Positions 50,096 to 62,590 of a stretch of 64,000 nucleotides of DNA are shown one piece after another. The notes under the pieces were generated by a model, which searched no databases, was not told the DNA's origin, and was given only the letters and a program-made list of their open reading frames with translations. A program made the position numbers and the translations under genes. Source of the stretch: Octopus vulgaris (lineage: Eukaryota); NCBI GenBank assembly GCA_951406725.2, contig OX597818.1, forward strand, positions 24,924,001 through 24,988,000. The letters run 5' to 3'. Position 1 is the first letter of the stretch. The number at the start of each line of letters is the position of its first letter.

Positions 50096-50330
50096 TATTA
50101 CCTCCACCTTAGCGAAGGTGGAGGTATTGTTTTCAGTCGTGTTTATTTGTTTGTTTGCCCATGGATAAGATATCTCAAGAACTGCTAGATGGATTCAAAT
50201 GAAACTCTCAGGGATGTTTGTCCTCATAACTGGCATGAACTGATTAGATTTTGGGATTGTGGACAAGGATTCTGGATTATTTTTCCAGTTTTTTTACTTA
50301 ATTTTTGAGAGTGGTTGGGTTCGTTTTTAG
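50096..50330 (+). mobile_element. Helentron/DINE-like non-autonomous element 5' part
   Basis: Terminal hairpin tacctccacctt-agcg-aaggtggaggta, then (GTTT)n and the gatatctcaagaac..tggattcaaatgaaact core. Confidence 0.6.
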
Positions 50331-50949
50331 TATTCTTGTAAGTCTTTACGTTATGGGTTCAAATTCCACTGAGATCCACTTTTCCTTTCATCATTTTTTG
50401 GTCAATAAAATAAGTACCAGTTGAACACTGGAGTTGATCTAATCATATTAACCCCTCCCCATTAATTTCATGCTTTGTACCTATATTAGAAAGCATTATT
50501 ATTGCTATTGTTATTATTGGATTTGTTTTATAGTTTTCTTACAGGTCTTAGAAAATTGTACTATGATATTGCCTGTGTGTGTTGTGGCATTTGACCTAAA
50601 TTCTGTTTTCTTCATGTCTGTTTAGGACAGGGTTTCCAAACTGGGGTAAATCTACCTCCAAAGAGTAATTTTTGCCTATCCAAAACGTGAATTTACTACT
50701 ATATTTATATAATATTTTATAAAATTAGAATTTTTAAGGAATCTGAATTGTAAAAGAAAATTATAAGTAGGGTTAATGTGTGAAACAATATGAAATTTTT
50801 TTTCTTTTTATCACTTCAGATTTAATGATTTGTATACTTTGCAATAACTAAGTTGCAAATGGATTAATCTAATTAAGAAGAGAATAACTCTAGCTAAAAA
50901 AGAAATATACTTTAAATTATCCATATGAAAAAAATTATGTGTCCCCTGT

Positions 50950-51200
50950 CAGGGCTGGCCCTGGGGTTGCTGGTGCCGTGGGGTTGCTGGTGCCCTGAGC
51001 AAGCTGAACTTTGGTGTGTACGAGCTAACGGTCATGGAAATTTCTTTGTCTTTGTCACACCCTCCTTGGTGCTCCCTAGCACATAGTGCTCCCTAGCACA
51101 TAGTGCTCCCTAGCACATAGTGCTCCCTAGCACATAGTGCTCCCTAGCACATAGTGCTCCAGGCGATGGCCCAAGTTGCCAGTACTTTGAGCCAGCCCTG
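50950..51200. mobile_element. hAT-type MITE with an internal 17-bp minisatellite
   Basis: TIR cagggctggc/gccagccctg; 8-bp flanks tcccctgt/tctcttgt (6/8 match); gtgctccctagcacata x5 at 51069-51160. Confidence 0.8.
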
Positions 51201-51439
51201 TCTCTTGTGCAAATCCAGCTAGATACTTTACAAATATTATTTCCTGAGATATTGCTTATTGGTGAAACAGCAAAAGAAATACAAAATATTAGTTAGTACA
51301 AAAGAGATATGTTTGTGGGTTAGTATTAAGTTTGTGTGCCTCTGGACATGTGTATGCATGCCCACAAATATTTATACATTGGTTATATTTGGACATAAGT
51401 ACAAGACTGTGTGTATGTGTGTGTGTGTTTTTTAAGTGG

Positions 51440-51990
51440 AAATAAGACAAATTTTTTAAACAAAATGATCTATTCAGTCAATGATATAATCACTGTTTCA
51501 TCCTAGTATCTTCTGCCAGCTTTTAGGCAGATCAATTATTCCCTGCTCAAAGAATTTCCTGTCTTTACTGGTGAAAAACTCTTTTAGGTGAATTTTTGTA
51601 TCTTCTTTAGAGTTGAAGTTCTGTTCATTTAATGAATTTTGAAGAGACTGAAACAAGTGGAAATTTGAAGGTGCAAGGTCAAGTGAATATGGAGGGTATT
51701 GCAATACTTCCCAGCCAACGTTTATAAAGAAGTGCACAATTTGTCATTGCTGTGATGAAGACAATGCCCTTACAATTAGCAAGTGCTGGATACTTCTGGT
51801 GGATTGTCGTTTAATTTGTTCAGCTGGTCGCAGTACACATCCAAATTGATGGTCCTGTCCATGAGAAGAAGCTTCAATAAAACAATATCTTTCTGATTCT
51901 ATCAAATTGAAAGCATTATCTTCTTTGGGTGAAGCTTTCAAGAGGAACTGAAGGTAGACATACAAAAACAAAATGTAAGATTACATGGAT
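51440..51990 (-). mobile_element. Mariner transposase C-terminal fragment
   Basis: WEVLQYPPYSLDLAPSNFHLFQSLQNSL...FFEQGIIDLPKSWQK. Confidence 0.85.
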
Positions 51991-53040
51991 ATTAAATTTG
52001 ATGTTTTAAATGGCATGATGTGGGAGAAAAATCAGCCACATTGACAAAACATTAAAGCTTGTTATATCTGCAGTGGAAACATATATGACAATAGAAAGAA
52101 CATTAAGTCAAGTGCTCAAAAAGCTATCCCATTAGCTCTTCAGGCCTTTTCTTTCATAGATCTAATGTATTGCTTAAGAATGAATGGCTCTTGTGCATTT
52201 GGATTGGGGTTGTGTCAATAAGCACAATGGTAATAAAAAAAGGCCAACAGTTTGAATGACGAACTGCAAAACAAGAAACTTTTGATGAAAAATCTTTTCT
52301 TGCTAAAAAGGTTAGTTTGAAAGGTTTAAGAAGCACTTGAATTTGCACAACATAAAAGCTACTGATAAAGTTGCTGGTACTGATACAGAGGCTGCTATTA
52401 ATTATCATGAGACTGCTGAGAAAGGAAAAAAATAATTGTTGCACATTAGAGAAAGTATACTGTGTTGATGAAGCAGCACTTTACTGGAAGCTCGTGCTTG
52501 CTAGAACTTTTATTTTTCAAGAAGCAAAATCAACACAGTGAAAATTTCCAAAAATTGCCCGATACTTCTGGGAGGAAATACCTCAGTTAATATGAAATTA
52601 AAACACCTACTAATTTTTCACTTTAAAAATACAAGGGCTTTTAGGGTTTATGCAAAGTTTAATTTACTTCTGATTTAGCATTCCAATAAGAAGGCATGAA
52701 GAGTGGTTTACAAACAGCTTTTGTTGTTGAAAGTTACAGTGCCAGACATAATGTTTCCAACAAAGAATTGCTCATTTTAGACCAAGCTACCCAGTAAGTT
52801 TGTATAAACCGATAAGGTGAGAGTATATCCCTAACAATGCAACTTTTTTGGTACAGCCAATTAATCAAGATGTGACAACTAACTTCAAGGCATATTATCT
52901 GAGAAGGATTTTCAAAGAATGCATGAAAGTAATTGATTGGGAGGACAAACCTATGGTTTAAAAGTGTTCTGGAAGAAGTTCCATATAATGGATGCCATGG
53001 ATAACATAGCTAGGTCATGGAATGAAGTGAAACCCTTAAT
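51990..53040 (+). mobile_element. Degenerate pogo/Tigger transposase
   Basis: YCVDEAALYWK, GGNTSVNMKLK, SNKKA, QPINQDVTTNFKAYYLR fragments. Confidence 0.75.
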
Positions 53041-54439
53041 GAAGGCCAAATAATATCCATGTTTATGTCTGGCCATGGGAAATATTACCTTAATTGGAAA
53101 TAGGTGAGAGTTTGTGACAGGAAGGACATCTAGCCATAGAAAATCTGCTTCAACAAGATTCTGTTTAATCCATACAAGCCTGGAAAAAGTTGACATTAAA
53201 TTGATGATGACAATGATGATGTGTGCATGACTGAGTTTATATTGCTTTTGTCTTGATGTGTAAACTGGCCTTAAAATGTTGAGGTTGTTTACAATCCTTC
53301 TTAAAGACATGTCTGGGCTTTTCTTTATTTGGTAGACAAGGGGAAATACCTGCATGCATGGAACCAGGTTATGGTTGGAGATTAGAGCATCAAGCCATAG
53401 GAAAATCTACTTCACTGAAGTTTGATATCATCTATGTAAGCATGGAAAAGTCTACACATAGACAACAGCTACACCTCTATCACAATCTCATACTGAATCA
53501 CTTGCCAAACAGGTGCAACTCAGGAATTAGAATAATTAGTTATATTTTTTGTTTTCAATGTGACATATATAATTCTTCTTAGCCATCTGTCTTGCTTACT
53601 GATTTTGCTCCTACTATATGCTTGTGTGCCACCTAACAGGAAGGGCATCTAGCTATCAAATTGATCATATTATATGTATATCCTTTCTATTTATTTATTT
53701 TTTGCAAACACTGACTCCTACACATAGCAGAATGTGAAACAAAATTTTATGATTATGGTAGCAATGGTGATGATGATATGCATGTGTGTATACTCATATA
53801 CAAATAAAGGAAAACAATTGTTTAGGACTTAACCAATAAGACAGGCCATACTGTTAACCAGTAATATTCTTTCAGACACACGTAGTTAAAGAAATGTTAT
53901 AGGGACATGAGTAAGTTACCAAATTCTTCAGTGGTAATAGATATTAGCCACTGCATGTAATGATAACTCAGCAATAATCAATTCTTGAGATGTGTAGTAT
54001 TTTTTTTTGCCAGTTATAAAAAGTATACCTACTTTTTAAAATGGATCCCTATTTTTATTGGTTATCTTGAAAGCAGTGATAATCTCTCCACTAAATGTTT
54101 GAAACACCTATAGTACAACTCCATTACTAGAATTCAAAATTGTAAGAAAGAATAGCCCAACAAGCAATTCAGTTTAAAGCAGGCTTTAAGTCACTAAAAG
54201 TTCTGAGAGAATTGTCAAAGATGACACCTACCAAGATATTTATAACTGCAGTAGCAGAATCTTATTTCTATTATTATAATAGCATGAATTTATCTCTTTC
54301 TTACCGCCCTCATAAAGAAAACAAAACTAAGTACAATTTTATAAAAACAATAAATGTGAATGACTAGGTGGGTATTTACTTGTCCTTGACAGTCTATTTT
54401 TCATGCACGTACTTATGTGAGTAAGTATGTATGCATGCA

Positions 54440-54501
<62 letters not shown>

Positions 54502-54999
54502 GGCCAGGCTTATCCTCTCTTTCTCTCTCTCTCTCTCTATCTATCTTGCTGTGTGGTACTTCATCAGAAGTCCAGATAGACAAGTGATTTTCATACATTC
54601 ATAGCACAGTTTACCGCAAACACTATAAATATATACAGAACTAGTATATTAAACGAACTATCTAGTATCGTAGAACCATTTCAGCTGATCATATCAATTG
54701 GCTTCATACTGGGTAACAGATAACTTTATATTAGATAACAGCATGGTTAACTAATATCATATGCTCTTCAGAGGTGGCAAGTATGGTAATAATATAGCTG
54801 CAGCACCAGTATATATAGTATATTCAAAAACAGGATTTTCTGGCAAATGTATGATAATTCATCCACATGATAAATTGTTCATAAAGTATTGTGGTATAAT
54901 GCAGAATGTAATTAGCAGTAAATTAACAGAACATTTTTTGTGTTTTCAAATGTGTTCTTGCCAAATTAATTCACAATTTGAATTGATTATTAGTATCAT

Positions 55000-55330
55000 C
55001 ACCATTTACTATCCATTGTCCATGCTAGCATAGGTTGGATGCTGGAACCAGAGCTGGCCAGCCAGGGGTGGGTGGGTGAGTGCACTAGACTCCAGTCTGA
55101 TTTGGCACAGTTTCTATGGCTCGCTGCTCTTCTTAATGGCAACCACTTTACAGAGTTTGTTGGATGCTTTTTCATAACACCCACCACACAGGTGCTTTTG
55201 TGTGACAGCTCATGGGTGTTTTTACATGGCACTGCATGGGCACTTTTACGTGGCACCACAAAGAAGCTTTTACATGGTGCTGTACATGTGCTTTTACACA
55301 GCACTGCCTTGAGTGCTTTACACAACCAGA
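55000..55330 (-). mobile_element. RTE 3'UTR relic with an expanded ~20-bp aaaagcacc unit array
   Basis: catgctagcat...gcttttacgtggcac repeats in reverse orientation. Confidence 0.6.
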
Positions 55331-55614
55331 AGGATTGGTCTTAATTAACACTTCTGCTGTAGAGTATGGCTTCTTGAGTACAGCCAGGCACTAAGTAGAA
55401 TTAAAAGTTACATTATCGATACAATCCCATGATTAAAGTACTTAAAGTGCTCATGCTAAAGTGTGTATTGCTTGTGAGAATCAGACTTATATACTTCAGA
55501 AAATTTCCCAATGAATGACGGAATCTAATTTTTAATCAAAAATAGTTCTTAATATTTAGTAAAATGGGCTCCAGAAGTTGTTTGAAAAAGAAAAAAAATG
55601 CAAAAGTAAACATA

Positions 55615-56020
55615 GGCGCAGGAGTGGCTGTGTGGTAAGTAGCTTGCTAACCAACCACATGGTTCCGGGTTCAGTCCCACTGCGTGGTACCTTGGGCAAG
55701 TGTCTTCTGCTATAGCCTCGGGCCGACCAATGCCTTGTGAGTGGATTTGGTAGACGGAAACTGAAAGAAGCCTGTCGTATATATGTATATATATATATAT
55801 ATATGTATGTGTGTTTGTTTGTGTGTCTGTGTTTGTCCCCCTAGCATTGCTTGACAACCGATGCTGGTGTGTTTACGTCCCCGTAACTTAGCGGTTCGGC
55901 AAAAAGAGACCGATAGAATAAGTACTTGGCTTACAAAAAAAGAATAAGTCCCGGGGTCGAGTTGCTCGACTAAAGGCGGTGCTCCAGCATGGCCGCAGTC
56001 AAATGACTGAAACAAGTGAA
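55615..56020 (+). mobile_element. Well-preserved tRNA-derived SINE with internal microsatellite
   Basis: A box tggctgtgtgg, B box ggttcagtccc, ccttgggcaagt core, 3' ggcggtgctccagcatggccgcagtc..gaaacaag, (GAAAGA)n tail. Confidence 0.85.
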
Positions 56021-56934
56021 AGAGAAAGAGAAAGAGTCTAATAGGCTGAAAATAGTCACTGGAACAGCCATATGATTTTGCCAGGTCTCTGTCTTTTGCA
56101 TTCAGATTACTGTACCAAACATAATGCTTATCTATTCACATTATTTTGAAGTAATCATCCATTATCTCATAACTTTGAAGTTTCACTGGTTTGATGGTTT
56201 ATTTTTAGAATGACATTGTAGGATAAGTGTAAAAGGCCAGATCTGGTCAGTTTGAACATAAAATAAGTAGAATATTTGGGGCTGATATGACCAGTTTAAA
56301 TGTTAAAGGGTTAAATGACAGAGTCAAATAACAATTCATGCTGAACTCAAAGTCGTGACAATAGCAACTGAACTTAAGCAAAATGGCTACTTGTATGTAA
56401 GCATCTGTCAAGTATCTATATATGTGCACATGTACACTTGTCTGTGTATCTGTGTGGGGGAGTGACACAATTAGTGAGAAGGATAAAGGTGTGTTACACA
56501 TTATCAATAGTGTCCATTGATATTATTAATTCGTGATCTTGCTGTTATATTTAGCAATCCAATCCTAGTTGACAGTCTTTATATATATGTGTATATATGG
56601 TTAATTCTACCACCAGCAAGCAAACTCATTGAAAACAATATTTATAGTAGCAGTCAGAAAATTATGTAAATGAAATGATCGGAATGTTGTAAATATACTT
56701 CCAATTAAACTACAGATGTTATTATCCTTTTGTTTCAGTCATTAGACTGTAGCCATGTTAGGGCACTGCCCTGAAGAACTTTTAGTCAAATGAATCATCC
56801 CCAGTACTTTATTTTTAAAGCCTGGTACTTATTTTATTGGTCTCTTTTGCTGAACCACTAAGTTAAGGGGATGTAAACACATCAATATTGGTTGTCAAGA
56901 GTGGTGGTGGGGGGAAAAACAGACACAAACACAC

Positions 56935-56967
<33 letters not shown>

Positions 56968-57395
56968 TAGATGAACTTACTTGGAAATGGATGCATGGTG
57001 TTCAATCATATAATAATATAAATAATATATATATATGCGTGTATACATATATGTATATATATTTATATATATGCATATATGGGTACAGGACGTCACAAAA
57101 AGTAACCAACATGAAATATGAAGACAATTTTGGTATGCAAACAATAAGAGAAACAAATGGAAAACAAGACAAGTAACATAAAAAAACGACCCTTCATCAG
57201 TTGTCGGCTGTCCATCTACTACTCACTTTGAGCAATTAACAACAATATGAGGCTTCGAAAAACAGTTGCTCCCACAAACCAAAATAAAATTTGGGATTAG
57301 CGGTGGGTCAAAGTTGGTAACAAAAACAGGTCAGTAGAGACATAAAAGCCAAACAAAAACAAACATGGTGGACGGTTGTATAGATAATTTATTTA

Positions 57396-57944
57396 AACAG
57401 CAGTAAGCAAATGTGTACATGACTGAGGGTGTTATGAACACCTACATTGCTAGAAATAAGAGCTAAACACTCTACTGCTGCAGTCAAAGCACATAATTGT
57501 ATACATACATGCTGACAGGAACCGTAATTGCCCAAAAAGCAGCAGTCGAGATATTCCCAGACTGATCGGTCAGTTTCAGCTTTCACTGTAGCCTCTTCAG
57601 TGGGATTGGCCTGACTCTGCTGATTATTGGACAACAATCACTTCTACACCATAGAAATCTATGGATGATTTAGTGAGTCACTAATGTGTATACAAATAAT
57701 TCATTTAGGCAGCAGTTAGTAGATGTGTACCAACAAGAACTATAACTGTCATTAAATATGACTGAGGGTGTTATAGACACCTACATTGCTAGAAATAAGA
57801 GCTAAATACTCTAATGCTGCAGTTAAAGCACATAATTGTATACATACATGCTGACAGGGGCCGTAATTACCCGAAAAGCAGCAGTTGAGATATTCCCAGA
57901 CTAATTGTTCAGATTTGGCTTTTGCCATAGCCTCTTCAATGGGA
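57396..57944 (-). repeat. Tandem ~339-bp repeat (about 1.6 units), each unit with a hammerhead motif (retrozyme-like)
   Basis: atgactgagggtgttat..cacctacattgctagaaataagagctaaa starts at 57419 and 57758. Confidence 0.88.
57555..57605 (-). ncRNA. Canonical type I hammerhead ribozyme
   Basis: UCCCA-CUGAAGA-GGCU acagugaa AGCU-GAAA-CUGA ccga UCAG-UC^UGGGA: all core nucleotides, three stems, GUC triplet. Confidence 0.88.
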
Positions 57945-60900
57945 GAAAGAGAGACATAGAGAGAAACACAAACAGACAGATGAATGAGAGGCTTTTTTCA
58001 ATTTCTGTCTACCAAATCTACTCACATAGCTTTGGTCAGCCTGAAGCTGTAGTAAAAGATACATACCTATGATGCCACACTGTGAGACTGAACCAGTACC
58101 ATGTGGTTGAGAAGGAAACTTCTTACTACCTGAACCTACATTATTCACATTTTTTTACATCTTTCACTGGTGATGTCATTTATATCAAACAGTAGTCAAA
58201 AATTAATAAAGGTAGTTCCAGATGTGTGTAATTTCATTTAGGATTTTTATATAGTATCTATTAGTATTGCTACCTCATTAACTTTTATTTTTTTTCAAAT
58301 GCTCAGGACATCATAACCCAAATAGACAAAATTAATTTCTATTTAGATTTCAAGAATGCATTTAATTTATCGAAGAAAAATAACATACCTTTGAATAAAT
58401 AAAAGCTGTTCACAAGATTAAATAAGTGTAGAAGGCTATAAGAAGGGGGATATTTCTCTTATTAATTTTCCACTTTTGGTGCAAACATTAAATCAGCAAT
58501 AGCCAAGCCAGTTAAATGTATTAGATTTATTCTGGTCAAATGGTTTGTGGAAATTAAACTTGAGGTGTCTGCACAATTGCTAGCTCTTTGAACACAAATT
58601 AACTAATTCTTATAGCATCTGAGATTCATTTGTTTATCAAATACTCTACTCCTTTCTTTTCCAAAAGCATTCAATCTTGAATATGTCATTCTGACTTCAC
58701 TATATCTCCCCCAGTGGTTCTTCGTCTTATAAGCTTTATAAAATGAAATCAAATTTAGAATACAATAAGGCTGTGTAAATTCATAGTATACAACTTCCAT
58801 TAATAATGACTTGCTACATATTGTCTAGTGTTGTTTGGACAATTTTGAAACATGTAATCACTGAACCATTTACACCTGAATTACCATCACTTTTGTTAAC
58901 CATTCCAGATTGGATTGACTTTATGAATTCAGATGGCTAAAATAAATTCATCAGATATGTTTTTCTTCAAACTCGAATCTGTACAGTTACTGGTCCAAGA
59001 TGCTGATATATCTAACCATTAATGTTTCAAAATCTGCTAAGTTTTTAAATTTGGATACTTTAACCACTAAAATATGAAACCTTGTTTATGCAAGTACAGA
59101 TTAATATACCAAATAAATAAAACTGCTTTTAGAAACGATTTAAAATTTGTAACAGTTACAACATGTGCCCTCCATTTTTTTTTCTTATTGTTCTGTCTCT
59201 TCCTTTTGAATTTTCTTTCTTCTATTATATCAATTTTGTACAATAATTCAAATTTACTATTAATATATATACTTTATTTATATTATTCAACCATAAAATC
59301 CTAATAATCATGAGAGACCATGAAGAATGTAGTATATCAATAGTTAAATATGATCCCCACTGATGAAATGTAGATAATAAGGTATTGTGTGATGTGATAA
59401 ATGAAATAAAGAAGTTCTTAGTTTTTACAGAACTGCTATAAATGTGCAGAAGTATTTGGACCAATGGTCCACATTTTTTCTGTGGTAATAAAGAAAGGCT
59501 TCAGTATGAAATGTTGTGTATTAAATTAAGATATACAGTAATCAGAATATATGCCCTTATTTTTTTCATAAATTTTTATGAAAGAATTCCAACAAAATTT
59601 CATTAAAATTTAATAGTATTAATGACAGTTTTTAGAGGATATTATATGATGGTTGTTGTTGTTATTGCTACATAACCCCAAGTCAGCAGTGATTGAATAA
59701 AACTATGGCATACAAGCAGTTGCAAACAATTTGGTGCAACCCACTAATTAGTGTGGGGTGAGGTGGGGGTTACATACCCCAGCTTAGTTGAGAACTATAC
59801 TGAACATTCCAACAGACATGTAGTGATGAATCAATCATAGCGGGTAACAATGTGAACATGTTGCACTCTCAGTTGTCTATTTTTTTTTTAAACTTAATTC
59901 AACATGAACAGAGGAAATGTAATCTATGAAGATTTTGTAATCCATGATTTTTGTATTTTTTAGCCCTTGGCATTCAATTTGCTGACCAAAGATATTCAGC
60001 TTTTCTGGTAGTCAATCTTCCACAAGTTCATACCTTAAGACATGTAGGTTACATTTAGGAGAACTCACCAATACTCACTTTACAATAACAATCTGCTTAT
60101 AATGTCCAGTTTGCAAGAAGTCCACTTTATGCAACATTTGTCACCTGTTTTTAAAGATCGTGTGACAGATACAAACACCTTCTAATGGTTGAATTATAAA
60201 TTGCTGGCTTTTAATTAACAAAATGAAATATGTTTATAAACATTGCAAAATATGAAATAAAGATATGTAGGAGTATGTATGTACAACACACACTTGTTAA
60301 TAAATTTCTTTTGACTGGAAAGATTTTTTCAGGTAAGGTATAAGATGCATTACATCAAGCTTAGACATTTACTGACACTGTCAAAATTCGAATCAGATAC
60401 TGTTGTCTAATGTTTTGTACTTTTTGCAGCAGATGAGCACAGAAATTTGCTTGTACACAAATTTTCTCTCTTTTTTATGCCAAGTATGTATATATCCATG
60501 TGAATAACTGCCACTCAGATTTCTTCAATTAAAAAAAACTTTAATTTCATTCTGGAAATCTTGTGTGTGTACTTTTTTTTTTTTTTTTTACCTTTGTGCA
60601 GTAGTTGAAAATGTGTGCACATGTAAGTACACATTTTTGAGAGGACACTGGTGTGTCCATGACTAGAGCACTTTCAAATATCCTAGGCCACTTAACTGCA
60701 AATAAGTACTGACTGGAGAGAGAACTTCTCACTCCTAGCAATATTTTCAGAGGTCTATTAATTTGGCAAGTGAGTCAATAAAGCTCACAATACTGAGTGC
60801 AATTTCTCATATAGTAAGAGCTGTCTGTGGCTAATTAGTTTCCTCTGTATGGGGAGATTTTTCTCAGACACCTGAAGCTCTGAAAACAGGAGTAAAATAT

Positions 60901-62199
60901 CATGTGGATCATTCAGTTAGTATCAAAAGATGGAAAATACAAATGACTCAAATGTTGTCTCTTAGAGGGTAACTAATAGATGAAGAGGTAACAAATAGGT
61001 AGTAGATAGTCTTAACAAAAATCTGATGGGTGAAAGATCCAGTCTAGATAAACAATACTGCTAAGATGAACCATTCTGAAATGATTACAGGCTTCAAAGC
61101 TGTTTGTTCTCTTAGACAATTTATTTCATGCCAGTACCATGATAAATACACTCAATCTATTCTTCAAGTGGTACCACATGAAAAGCATCCAGTCCATGCT
61201 GTAAAAACCATGGCAAATCTGGCCTCTCCTATGCTAGTGCCACATAAAATGCACTCAGTCCACTCTGCGGACTGTGTTAGGAAGGGCATCCAGCCATAAA
61301 AACCGTGGCAAAACAGACATTGTTGCCTGGTGTAGTCTTCTACCTGGCTGACTCCTGTCAAACCATCCAAACCATACCAGCATGGTAGTTGGACGTTATA
61401 TGATGATGAGGATGATGATAAAAACCCCAGCCACTTAATCATCTGAGTACCAGGTTGTTTTGCAATATCAACAGTTTCTTCAAGGTTAAATATATATATA
61501 ATAAAAAGAAATGATGCATAACTCAGTATTCTTCTCTTGTTAATGTACTGAGTATAAACTATACTTTTGTTCCAAATTTCCAAGCCTCTATAGGCTTTCA
61601 ACCTGCTAGAAATAGCAAAGTTCTTCAACTCACTCTACCACCTTAAAATAAAAAGGCCACAGTGTTGGCCAAAATGCAGAAAAAGATGGGATGGTCAAGC
61701 CTGAAATTCTTTTTATTATATCTATTCAGTCAGAGTTGACCTGGGATTAAACAGTGACAAATTGGTACTCTCACTGCTGCTGTAAATACATTTGATGGAC
61801 ATCATGCTTAACTTCTTTTGGATTATTGATAGTTGTTATTCTGGAACAATTTTCTTTTGTAAGATATTGTTTAATTTGTTTAGATATATTAGGTTTATTT
61901 ATATATTTATTTTTTTTCTGTTTAACATCATGGGAGTTGTCTGCTAGAGACTGTACTTGTGTTTATCAAACTCTTTTAGACTAAAGAGTAACCATTTCCT
62001 TTGACATACTATTCCCAGAGAATATCAGTTGCTACAATGTGAGCTTAATATTCCAAATAATAAAATATTTTTCTCCTCCTTTTCTTGCCAGTTACATGAA
62101 ATCACAATTTTCTTTCACACACTGTCTTGCAATCTGGAACACTTAAATTCTTTGGTCCTCACGTCACTAAACATAGGCAAACTTCCTCTTTTCTGCTTC

Positions 62200-62590
62200 T
62201 CCCTTGGTTAGATATACCTGTCTCTAGCTTCCCTGCTGGCTATCCGATACAGCTCCCTGCTACCCCAACTCTTCCAGGTCTGTTTCTATGCTCTAATGGC
62301 CATGTCTATGGTAATGTTCCACCACCACGTTACCCTAAGTCTGGTTGGGACTTTGCACCACCCACAGATTTGGTCTGTGGCACTTAGCAAGCTGTCCATC
62401 AGGAATTCCTAGTTGCCCTCTATGTCACAAGTTTGTAGCTCCTCCTCCCGCTCATCAAATTTCTCAATAAGGATGCTTCTAAATCTTTGACCACATGAGG
62501 GGTCCTTAAGCTTCCAAGTTCTTCTTTTCCACATTGGTCTAATTCTTGGCATCTTTCTGGCCTGGAGTCTAAAGTCACTAATGGCTTGTC
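62200..62590 (-). mobile_element. RTE fragment (APE-RT linker)
   Basis: ISDFRLQARKMPRIRPMWKRRTWKLKDPSCGQRFRSIL matches VSDIRIRAKWLPRRRPAWRRRVWKLKDPANGQRFRDIL. Confidence 0.85.

Noticed and set aside
51069-51160. Palindromic direct repeats resembling a CRISPR array
   Set aside because: No unique spacers, 17-bp head-to-tail units, located inside a MITE in eukaryotic DNA
58945-59005. Candidate second KCTD coding exon (tcag|ATATGTT..., R-YVFLQ); also 48575-48615 and 61875-61920
   Set aside because: No ILNY/FLR motif, weak acceptors and early stops or low complexity
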